Shown here: piece after piece, positions 1 to 10,600 of the stretch | How positions within the stretch are numbered: the first letter of the stretch is position 1 | How the letters are laid out: the number at the start of each line of letters is the position of its first letter | Source of the DNA: Nemertoderma westbladi | Lineage: Eukaryota > Animalia > Xenacoelomorpha | NCBI GenBank assembly: GCA_032718475.1 | Contig: JAUCBJ010007487.1 | Location: 37,272 to 101,271, forward strand | Direction: 5' to 3' | Length of the DNA: 64,000 bases | Position numbers and translations under genes: made by a program | The notes under the pieces: model-generated | The model's input: only the letters and a program-made list of their open reading frames with translations | Database searches by the model: none | Told to the model about the DNA's origin: nothing

Positions 1-19
1 TGACATTTGCTAGATCATC

Positions 20-320
20 CGCATCTTCAAGGCCAGTGTCCTTTAAGATGCGTCTCAAGAAAGTCTCGGGCTGTCCACCATGCTTATTCACTCCATGTGG
101 CCGCCAAAGCACAATATTAAGCATTAGCACTGGCTGATCCTCATGGTGTAAGCCATGTCCTGCAAAGCGGAGGCCGCACCGTTCAAATGTCAAACTAGGG
201 GAGACTAATGAAACACCTCATATGTTGTATAGAGTCTGATTGGCGATGTCTGTCTGCATTGTACTTGACACAATGAACCCAGCGTAGCATTCTTGTGAAA
301 GTGCCATCCAGGGATTGGTA
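20..320 (-). mobile_element. Decayed RTE-like non-LTR retrotransposon, C-terminal fragment
   Basis: Minus-strand translation (with frameshifts) gives LDGTFTRMLR...LRFAGH...VLWRPHGVNKHGGQPETF...LKDTG, resembling the post-RT region of RTE-type LINEs. Confidence 0.7.
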
Positions 321-488
321 TCCTCCCAGTTAGAACACAACTTGAACTCATGTTGTTTAATCATACTTTTAATAATTAATTGCATTCCTAGTATCAGTCG
401 TGTACGTCCACGTTAATTACCACCATACGTGTATTGTATTAAATTAATATAGACACACAGGTTAGATATGATTTCATGGCATACTTAC

Positions 489-635
489 TTGCTGCATCCA
501 AAAACGCTTGATACAATTCGTAGGTCAATAAGGGTACAGGAAGGTGATTCAGGTAAAATTTCATTGAAGAGGCTAATACTTTGTAGTGTGGTAAATCATT
601 GTCCTCCCAATTAAATTTGTCGGGTTTTTCGGTGT
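489..635 (-). CDS. Exon of GRAF/oligophrenin-family BAR-PH-RhoGAP gene (RhoGAP domain)
   Basis: ttttctag acceptor and gtaagt donor. Translates DTEKPDKFNWEDNDLPHYKVLASSMKFYLNHLPVPLLTYELYQAFLDAA, a typical RhoGAP segment. Phase 1 joins the exon at 22380-22569. Confidence 0.85.
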
Positions 636-2107
636 CTAGAAAAAAAATGTTTGAAGTGATAATATTTAGCTGATATGATTAGATGTACTGTAACTACAGT
701 AAAAGGATGGAGGATACGATACAATAGGGTTGGTGCGCGAAAAAATTGTTGGGCTAGAAACAATCGAATAAGGGGTATCAAGGTGCTTTGAATCGAGTGG
801 CGGGGTGTGTTTTTGTAAAAACACGAGGAAACGGTCGAAATGGCGGGTTTAAGTAAATAAGGGAAGCCCATTTTGAAAATCGGCTGTGATTGGCTGCTAC
901 ATATTTGAAGTCATTACGCAGTGATGTGATAAATTATTTATCTTGTTTTCTATTGAGAGAGATCAATTCAAATACACATTAAATCTAAATCACTATCTAA
1001 ATCTGTATGTGGCTCAATGCCATTTCTTTTTGTTTCGCCTGCCCTGTGAAAAAATCCTGGATCCGCCCCTGAAATCACTTCACACGTGGCTTATATCAAT
1101 TGAAAGCGGGGCTTGCGCATCTCTTGACACAACAATTAATTAAATTTATGATGAGGAACATTAATAAATAGATGTATTCCGATGCATTTCCAGCAGCAAT
1201 ACCGGTACTTCTTTCCAATCTGAATTGATTACGGTAGATTAGATTTAAAATAACACTAAACTTGTAATACCGGTCAGCCGGTACTACTGTATAAGTGTAT
1301 AATACAGTAATAATGCAGTAGGCTACTTGAATATTAAAAATGTGTACTGGTCACCGGTAAACCCTACTTACTGTGATGAAGTAAATCTGCAATACTCAGA
1401 TTTAATACGAGTGGCATTATTGATCGTTTTAAATGATTTTTGTCATGCTGAATTATTTCGATTGATATTATTGGTCGATTTAAATAATGTATCAAAACTG
1501 CATTATTTTGCTTAATTTTATTGGTTGATTTAAAACATGTCTGTTTAATTATTTTGCTTGAAATTATAGCTCGATGTAAATGAGACAGCTGAATTATTTC
1601 ACCCGAGAATTAGAGGTCATATTAATAGATCAGCTGGTATCCAGATGATCTCTTGATGATTCACTTCGGCAGTTATATTTCGGTACCTATTTTTTTAAAA
1701 TAATTTTACCTATTTTTTTCAAATTATTTTTTTTACCTATTAATATTTCGACATCCAGAATGTCAGAATGTCAACTAACACTACTAGCAGACTGGCAGAG
1801 AAAACCGGAGTTTATTATAAAGGGTTTAACATAAAGGAGCAGGTTATAGTGGTAGCCAGAAGGAACCATAACAATACACGAGTAGAATACATACAGTACA
1901 GATTAGAATTACAGTACCGGAACCTAACTATTGCAGTACGCCTTGTGCACGGCAGCACGGTAACTGCATAAAAATAGGTAAAATGATTAAAATAAACAGG
2001 TAAAAAAAAATAATAAAAAATATGTAAAAAAAATAGAAATAATAGGTTAAAAAAAATAATAAAAAAATAGGTACTAAAAAATATATGCGATTCACTTCTA
2101 TGCTTCA

Positions 2108-4224
2108 TTATCGTATCGGTACCACTGTACCACTTACCGTACCGGTACCACTGTACCACTTACCGTACCGGTACCACTGTACCACTTACCGTACCGGTAC
2201 CACTGTACCACTTACCGTACCGGTACCACTGTACCACTTACCGTACCGGTACCACTGTACCACTTACCATACCGGTACCACTGTACCACTTACCGTACCG
2301 GTACCACTGTACCACTTACCGTACCGGTACCACTGTACCACTTACCGTACCGGTACCACTGTACCACTTACCGTACCGGTACCACTGTACCACTTACCGT
2401 ACCGGTACCACTGTACCACTTACCGTACCGGTACCACTGTACGACTTACAGTACCGGTACCACTGTACCACTTACCGTACCGGTACCACTGTACCACTTA
2501 CCGTACCGGTACCACTGTACCACTTACCGTACCGGTACCACTGTACCACTTACCGTACCGGTACCACTGTACCACTTACCGTACCGGTACCACTGTACCA
2601 CTTAACGCACCGGTACCATTGTACCACTTACCGTACCGGTACCACTGTACCACTTACCGTACCGGTACCACTGTACCACTTACCGTACCGGTACCACTGT
2701 ATCACTTACCGTACCGGTACCTCTGTACCACTTACCGTACCGGTACCACTGTACCACTTACCGTACCACTGTACCACTTACCGTACCGGTACCACTATAC
2801 CACTTATCGTACCGGTACCACTGTATCACTTACCGTACCGGTACCACTGTACCACCTACCACTGTATCACTTACCGTACCGGTACCTCTGTACCACTTAC
2901 CGTACCGGTACCACTGTACCACTTACCGTACCGGTACCACTGTACCACTTACCGTACCGGTACCACTGTACCACTTACCGTATCGGTACCACTGTACCAC
3001 TTACCGTACCGGTACCACTGTACCACTTACCGTACCGGTACCACTGTACCACTTACCGTACCGGTACCACTGTACCACGTACCGTACCGGTACCACTGTA
3101 CCACTTACCGTACCGGTACCACTGTACCACTTACCGTACCGGTACCACTGTACCACTTACCGTACAGGTACCACTTACCGTACCGGTACCACTGTACCAC
3201 TTACCGTAGCGGTACCACTGTACCACTTACCGTAGCGGTACCACTTACCGTACCGGTACCACTGTACCACTTACCGTACCGGTACCACTGTACCACTTAC
3301 CGTACCGGTACCACTGTACCACTTACCGTACCGGTACCACTGTACCACTTACCGTACCGGTACCACTTACCGTACAGGTACCACTTACCGTACCGGTACC
3401 ACTGTACCACTTACCGTACCGGTACCACTGTACCACTTACCGTACCGGTACCACTGTACCACTTACCGTACAGGTACCATTTACCGTACCGGTACCACTG
3501 TACCACTTACCGTACAGGTACCACTTACCGTACCGGTACCACTGTACCACTTACCGTACCGGTACCACTTACCGTACCGGTACCACTGTACCACTTACTG
3601 TACCGGTACCACTGTACCACTTACCGTACCGGTACCACTTACCGCACCGGTACCACTGTACCACTTACCGTACCGGTACCACTGTACCACTTACCGTACC
3701 GGTACCACTGTACCACTTACCGTACCGGTACCACTTACCGTACCGGTACCACTGTACCACTTACCGTACCGGTACCACTGTACCACTTATCGTATCGGTA
3801 CCACTGTACCACTTACCGTACCGGTACCACTGTACCACTTACCGTACCGGTACCACTGTACCACTTACCGTATCGGTACCACTGTACCACTTACTGTACC
3901 GGTACCACTTACCGTATCGGTACCACTTTACCACTTACCGTACCGGTACCACTTACCGTTCCGGTACCACTGTACCACTTACCGTACCGGTACCACTGTA
4001 CCACTTACCGTACCGGTACCACTGTACCACTTAACGTACAGGTACCACTTACCGTACCGGTACCACTGTACCACTTACCGTAGCGGTACCACTGTACCAC
4101 TTACCATACCGGTACCACTGTACCACTTACCGTACCGGTACCACTGTACCACTTACCATACCGGTACCACTGTACCACTTACCGTACCGGTACCACTGTA
4201 TCACTTACCGTACCGGTACCTCTG
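2108..4224. repeat. 26-bp tandem satellite (CTTACCGTACCGGTACCACTGTACCA)n
   Basis: Directly visible array with occasional shorter variants. The ORF track shows a 26-aa (3 x 26 nt) period. The array ends abruptly at the LTR start. Confidence 0.97.
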
Positions 4225-5410
4225 TGTAAACGCTTTTGTGGGATAACTGATTCGTTTGCCTTGTTGGCCAGTTCCCCCCCGGTCGCTAGATCTATAGCTA
4301 AAAATAGTGCAAGCTACCAGCTTATTGGCTGATTTGCTGTACGCAGGTATCTGGGCTCTGTTTAATCGGCCAACCAGCCTAGGGAGGTTGCGTCATAGCC
4401 TTGTTTCGTATCTCCCAATAGAATTTGAGTTAGCCTTGATTTTGACCTATCACAGAGCTACTGAACTGAAATTTTCCTATCTCACTGCTCTTTCTCTGTG
4501 TTGAACGGGAGCTTCGTGGAATAAGGGTAGTTGGTATCCTCGTATAGAGTAGTAGTCACGAGTTTTCAAAGCCACGAAAGAACGGCTTTATAGTGTTTTG
4601 TGCTTTTCTGCCTTTTAGCTCAACACTAGTAGGTTTAATTATAAGGACATATATCCTTTAACTGACATACCGACCAAACTCTGTGAATATCACTCTGCTG
4701 AAACATTGCAAACTCATAACAATCAGTGTTCAGTTGTTGTTTTATACTGCTATTTACTGTCAGTTCTTCATAATATGGTTGATGAATAATTATATTTGGA
4801 ATAACGATAAATAACCCCGAAACCCAATATTCTTGATATACCGAAGGTAAGAGAGAAAGGTTACAGATAAACGATTGTGACTTATGTTAAAGTGGTTTGA
4901 AGTGAATCTAATGTTATTTGATAGACCCTACATGAGTCAGTCTGTGTTCCTTTTATATGTGACTAAAATCAGTGAAGATCGGCAGATTAGTGTGCAGTAT
5001 TGTGCAGCATTGTGTATGAGTGAGTCTGTTAAAGAAGCATTTCCTAAAGAATGCGCCATATATGTGAATTATAATTAAGCCATATCGTTGTGAGTAGTTT
5101 AAGTCATAACTCTGTTTATATAAATAAAGCGCCACGTCCTAAAGGAACTGTTAATATTCCCGAAGGTGAATAATATTGTCAGAGATTATATAATACTGTC
5201 AGTCGAATAATACATTAGGCTTACATAGCAATAAAATTAAACCGTCGAACCCAATCTCCCGGGAATATCCAGCGGGTGAATGATCGCGCACAGATTGGTT
5301 TCGACTAGTGTAGTGAATCAAATACTTGTCATAGGCTAAAAAGCGATTTAATATCTAGAAGACATCTTAATTTGGCGGGTTAAACTGCCAAAGGTCTGAA
5401 AGCGCGAACA
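4225..5410 (+). repeat. 5' LTR of BEL element 1
   Basis: Starts TGTAAACGCTTTTG, ends GCGCGAACA. About 4740-5410 aligns closely with the LTRs at 20388-21571 and 59018-60266. Conserved AATAAA at 5230-5235 and AG|GTAAGA donor-like site at 4847. Confidence 0.9.
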
Positions 5411-5422
5411 TTAAAGGATATA
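5411..5422 (+). promoter_or_regulatory. Non-canonical primer-binding position, complementary to LTR 4650-4661
   Basis: TTAAAGGATATA directly follows the LTR, lacks TGG, and is the reverse complement of TATATCCTTTAA at 4650-4661. Confidence 0.65.
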
Positions 5423-5455
5423 GCTTCTTTATTGCAGTAAGCAATAAAGTTGAAA

Positions 5456-5606
5456 GTACCGGTCAACCGGTAAACCTGAACGGTACTTCAGTAGGTCAGT
5501 AGGCCCAACCGCCAGAACCGGTACTGCCGTAGGTCAGTAGGCCCAACTGCCAGAACCGGTACTTCTGTAGGTCTGTAGGCCTAACTGTCCTAACCGGTAC
5601 TTCAGT
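5456..5606 (+). repeat. Short ~38-bp tandem repeats in the element leader
   Basis: About three copies of ACCGGTACTTCAGTAGGTCAGTAGGCCCAACTGCCAGA-like units; mostly absent from element 2. Confidence 0.75.
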
Positions 5607-5772
5607 ATAAGTACACTAGTATTATTCGATTTGATTGTTGTATACCGGTAGGCTGTTTAAGGGATTAGGGATTGATCACCCCTTATTCCTTTATATGGTT
5701 TACTTATTTCTGTCAAGTTTTATTTGTTTGTAGGCCAGTATTGATCAGAAGGCGTGTAAACCTGATCAGATT

Positions 5773-6350
5773 GTACAGACGATTTGTAGGCTGAGCTGTT
5801 GTCTGATTGCTGTTAGGTCCGAACGGATTGCAGTGTGTGTAGATCACCTGTCCGATTAAGTACGGTTAGGAAGTAGGGGCAGCGAATGCTGTAAGGTAAA
5901 CCCCCAACTAAAGAATAAGTCGTACTACTGGGTTAGAACGCATACTCCCTAATCATTTCGGAGTCTGCATGTCCTGTAGTTTATTTAGGCTTGAGAGTAG
6001 TCTGCCATCGTTGAGTCTGTACTTTGTTTGTGTAAGTCTGTACGGGTAGCGTATAATATTTATTTAGATAATTTGTAGGCTGGATAGTTGTCTGGCTGTT
6101 ATTGGGTCTGAACGGATTGCAGCGTGTGTAGATCACTTGTCCGATAAAGAACGGTTAGGAAGTAGGGGCAGCGAATGCTGTAAGGTAAACCCCCAACTAA
6201 AGAATAAGTCGTACTACTGGGTTAGAACGCATACTACCTAATTATTTCGGAGTCTGCATGTCCTGTAGTTTATTTAGGCTTGATAGTAGTCTGTCAGTGT
6301 TTGGTCTGCATTTTGTTTGAGTAGTTTGTACGCGTAGCGTAATATTTATT
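5773..6350 (+). ncRNA. Two tandem ~289-nt structured cis-RNA elements in the retrotransposon leader
   Basis: ATTTGTAGG at 5782 and 6071 gives the period. Each unit folds into a long G-U-rich stem with a branched head; compensatory change relative to element 2. Confidence 0.7.
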
Positions 6351-7662
6351 ATTCAGAGTTTATGCGATTATTCGCAACATTCATATCCCCAAGTTTGTTC
6401 CTACAATAATTGTGTTTGTTATACATACCGCTATAGTTAAATTAACCCTGGTACTACACGGGCTGCTTGGTGTAGGTAAAGACTGGTGATTTTGTGCACC
6501 GGTCACTCCAGCAGATGCCGTGGTTCTTTTAGCTGTTCAAGTATATTTAACTACTGATTATATGTTGTACAAGTACTCGTACCTAATTTAGGGTTTAGTG
6601 TACAGTGCTTTCCGAAAGTAATTAGTGTAGGCATTATATTTGTGTTGTAAAGTGGTTAATAGGCACGTTCGATTAGCTCTATTAACTTCTAGGTAGGAAC
6701 ACTCCGTGATACATAACGTAGAACCTATAGCGATACGGCTATAGGTCGTCAGGCGGTGGTATTTTTCTATCTGGACAACGCAGTGTATTTACTACTACTT
6801 ATTATTTCAAATACCGCAGTACCCTGTCCGTTGTAATTACCAGATTTCTAACCCTTTGTTAGGCTGGTTTGTAGACTTCTTGTAAAATTACCCTAAAAAT
6901 TCGTATTTTGTGTTTTTTGTAAATTTTTGTGTTTATTTAGAGATTGTAATCTCACCCGAATTGTACGTAATTTGTAGTATTAAGTAACTTAGGTAAATTA
7001 GCATTATTTGTTTTAGTGTCCTATAAGTAACACTTCACTGAAAGCGTACCGCTTTGTGTAGTGATTACCCCAGAAATAATAACATTTATTTCAAACCTTG
7101 ACTAAACCCATTAAAACGGGTATATATATATTATAAATCAAATCTAACGATTTATAAATAGTAGGCCTACCATATAACAATTAGGTCTCAATATCAGTTG
7201 GACTACTGCCCAAATAGCGGTAATAAAGTAAGTGGAGTAACCAAGTAACCCTTAAGGTTCAGAAATTCAATTATTTGAAATAATTGATATACCGGTATTT
7301 ACGATAGGCCTATTATCTTTATTTCTGTAAATTTTAGGCTTAAATTATACCGGTACTTGTAATTAATTCTAGTCCAGAATTATATATACTATAAACTGTA
7401 AGCTGTATACCGGTATTCCCGATAGGCCTATTATATATTCATATATACTTGTGCTAAAATTATACCGGTATTCTGCGATAAACCTAGTCTGTAATAATAC
7501 TTATATATACTATAAGCATACCGGTATTATAATATATTATATATACCACGCTGCATTGAGTAGCAGTATCGGTAGTTAATTACTAGGCTAGTAGTTAATA
7601 CTGAATTACTAGACTTGCTTAGACTGTAATATAGCAGTAGGCATTCAACTGTACATACAAAT

Positions 7663-10600
7663 ATGTCTGATACTAAGCAGAACCTGTCAGACAGTCTATT
7701 AGATGTAACTATCTGCGACTCAGATAGAGGTGTAGAACCCTCTAGTCGTAAGTTCGGTTCACCTCCCACTGTGAGGAAGGTCATCCCTCCAGTAGTAATA
7801 ACAGAACCTAGGCTAGTCCAACATCGTAGGTCTATCATAGGCACTCGAGCTCAGGTCAAGCGGGACCAAGAAGCAGCGGAACAGCAACAACCCGCGAGTC
7901 AAGAACTTATTCCTCAGCGGCCCAGCAGCTCCAGTAGTGAGGATACTGTAGAGCTGACACCTGAGCGCGGAGCAGAGATGACGGATGTGGTTTATACGGA
8001 TCCCCTTCTCATCCTTCCTGCAGCCGTACTCATTAGGTTATTGATCGCGGTGGAAGAACACCAGATCGATTGGGCGAGGAGTCAACGATCAACTAGAGAT
8101 AGTTATGCGGGGTACACGAGGGAAGAACTGAACTCTATTGTCGAGTCGCAATGGAACTTTCCCGGACCCGGACTCCCGTTTGATTTATCAGAAGCTGCCT
8201 GGGAAGACATACACCGGATGGGAGTAGCCAAGGAAACCATCGATCCAGCTGTATGGAAGAGGTCCGCAGCCGGATACGCACAGGGATTCTTCAGCTCTAT
8301 GGAGCGAGTAGAAAGACAACTGTTTAAACAACCTCAAGGACCTCAAGAGCAGGGACAGCTGCTTTATCAAGTTAGAGAAAGAGTTCTGCGAATTAGGCTA
8401 ATCTTATCCGCCTTTGAGGAGGCTTCTAAAAGAAGACAAGACACGTCGTTGCAAGTTGCCGTAAAGACTTGGTTTCAAAGGGTGAGACGCCAGGTTCAAG
8501 GAGCAGCTCAGTGGAAAGCTCAGTTGGAGGAGCGCTCAACCCATGGAGAATCGACGGACGCTACTTTTTCCCAAATGGAAAGTGAAGCGACGGCAGAGAA
8601 ACCGCATAAGAAGGATGCCATTGATATCTATCTGTCAGACTATCAGCGTTTTTTGGGAGATGAAGAGTTGAGGAGAAGGCTAGAGGGACTTAGCCCTAAT
8701 AGCGAAGGAGCCAAACTTGTGTTAGATGCGATTGATGTGGATAGGTTAGCGGCGAACCAAGCTAAATTCGATGAACAACTCCGCATCGCTAGAGAAAAGG
8801 AAGAACAAGTAAGGAAAAAACGTATAGAAGACAGAAAGATAGCAGCAGTGGCAAAGGCAGAAAGAAAAGCGGCAGCGGCAGAGGCAAAAGCGGCAGCGGC
8901 AGAGGCAAAAGCGGCAGCGGCAGAGGCAAAAGCGGCAGCAGTGGCGGAAGCAGAACGAAAAGCGGCAGCGGCAGAGGCAAAAGCAGCAGTGGCAGAGGCA
9001 AAAGCGGCAGCAGTGGCGGAAGTAGAACGAAAAGCGGCTGAAGAGATCATCCAACTGGAGTTGGAAAATCTTCAAGAGAAGCAAGACGACTTCAGTAAAC
9101 AGTTAGCAGCTAGTAATATGCAGATGATGAGTCGATCTACTCCCAAAAGACAGGGGTATACATCATCTGAGGAAGGCGATACCACCGACACTGAAGGCGG
9201 AGGAAAGCGATCTCGTCTAAGCAGACGTAAAAGAACATTCCACCGTCAGAAATTGCCTGATTTGCCTCCAGCTGTTAGAAGACAACTAAATAACACCAAA
9301 TTAGGTAGTACAGAACCCACAGACCAAATAATTGAAATAGAAAGACTCCCTACTATAGTAGATGAGCCTGAAATAATTAGGCCTGTTCTTGAAATCACCC
9401 CTACGGTGATAGACACACCTGTGCTCCCTGAAGCTACCTATAAATTCCCTCTGCATAGCACTAAGCTACCTGTGCCCCGTAGAACTGCCCAAGAGACAGT
9501 TCAGGTCCTGGACCCCGAGCGAAGTATTCATGATTTGTCGCCCGTTGTCCCTCGTCTGCCCGCTACGACGTTGGCGGATCCCGTTTCAGCGGTTGATTGG
9601 GTAGACGAGAGACGGCGGGGGATGGATATCCTCCTCGGAGAGATGAAGGAGAATCGGATACGCTCCTCCCAACAGGTCCGAGAGTTGGAAGGGACTGTCC
9701 AACATTTAAAAGGAACAGTGAGGGAAAGTAAGTTAGAGTTGCAAGAAGTGCAGCAAAGTATCGCGTTAGAACGCGATAAATTAGTAAACTTAAAAAAGGG
9801 TATACCACCACCCTCTGTAACAATGTGTCAACCCGTTAGGTCTGAAGTATCTCATGCGCAAGGTGTGGAGCCTACACGCATCTATACTGCTAGCGAAGTA
9901 GAAACTCCTATAGTGAACCCTATTAAGGGTAATTATAGACCTGTTGATAATGATATTCCCTATAGACCGGATCATAATCCGAGAAATTTATATACCGATA
10001 ACTCGATATTAAATAACACGATGGCCCAAGAAAGTTTTACGCGTCAAATGGCTAGAACCGAAGCCCGGCAAGCGGTAAAGGTTGGAGAGATCGTCAAGTT
10101 CAATGGAGATGAGATGAAATGGTTACCTTTTAATGAATATTACAAAGATAACATACAGAACTCTGTACTGTCTAATGGAGAGAAACTTAGGTTCCTCATC
10201 GAGTGCTTGGAAGGATCTCCCAAGTTAATGGCGTTAAAGTTTATTGGACATCCAGACGGATTAAGACAAGTTTGGGATACACTAAACATCAGGTATGGTA
10301 ATAAGAATAACATCGCTAAGTATTTATATGCAAAATTAGTAGCGCCCAGAAAGTTCATCAACAGTGGGATAATAGAGTTTTCCGATGAGATTCAAGAGAT
10401 CTGTAGACAATTAGATTGGTTAGGTAAGTCTCATGAATACCAAAGTTCTATGGTCATTGGAGCTGTGGCTTCTACTTTACCGAAAGGTGGGGTAGGCACA
10501 CGCTGGGATAAGAAAGTGTTATATATGATGGAACAACAACAAAGAGACCCTACCATGTCTGATCTCATGTCATTCCTAGATGGAGAAGTGAAATTACAGC

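Noticed and set aside
2085-3209. 374-aa ORF
   Set aside because: Translation of the 26-bp satellite cycling through three frames; no coding evidence.
4632-4645. GGTTTAATTA resembling nematode SL1 leader
   Set aside because: Only 10 AT-rich nt match, altered in the 3' LTR, with no following donor or Sm site.
4775-4835. Hammerhead ribozyme in the LTR (TTGATGA...CGAAAC)
   Set aside because: Core lacks CTGA and no convincing stem II or III; better read as a simple hairpin.
4884-5135. Small ORFs repeated in all three LTRs
   Set aside because: Reflect LTR identity; frameshifted in element 2.
5876-5905. HDV-like ribozyme motif (GCGAATG) in the leader hairpin head
   Set aside because: The motif is a variable loop (GAAT, AAC, GAA across copies); no nested double pseudoknot found.
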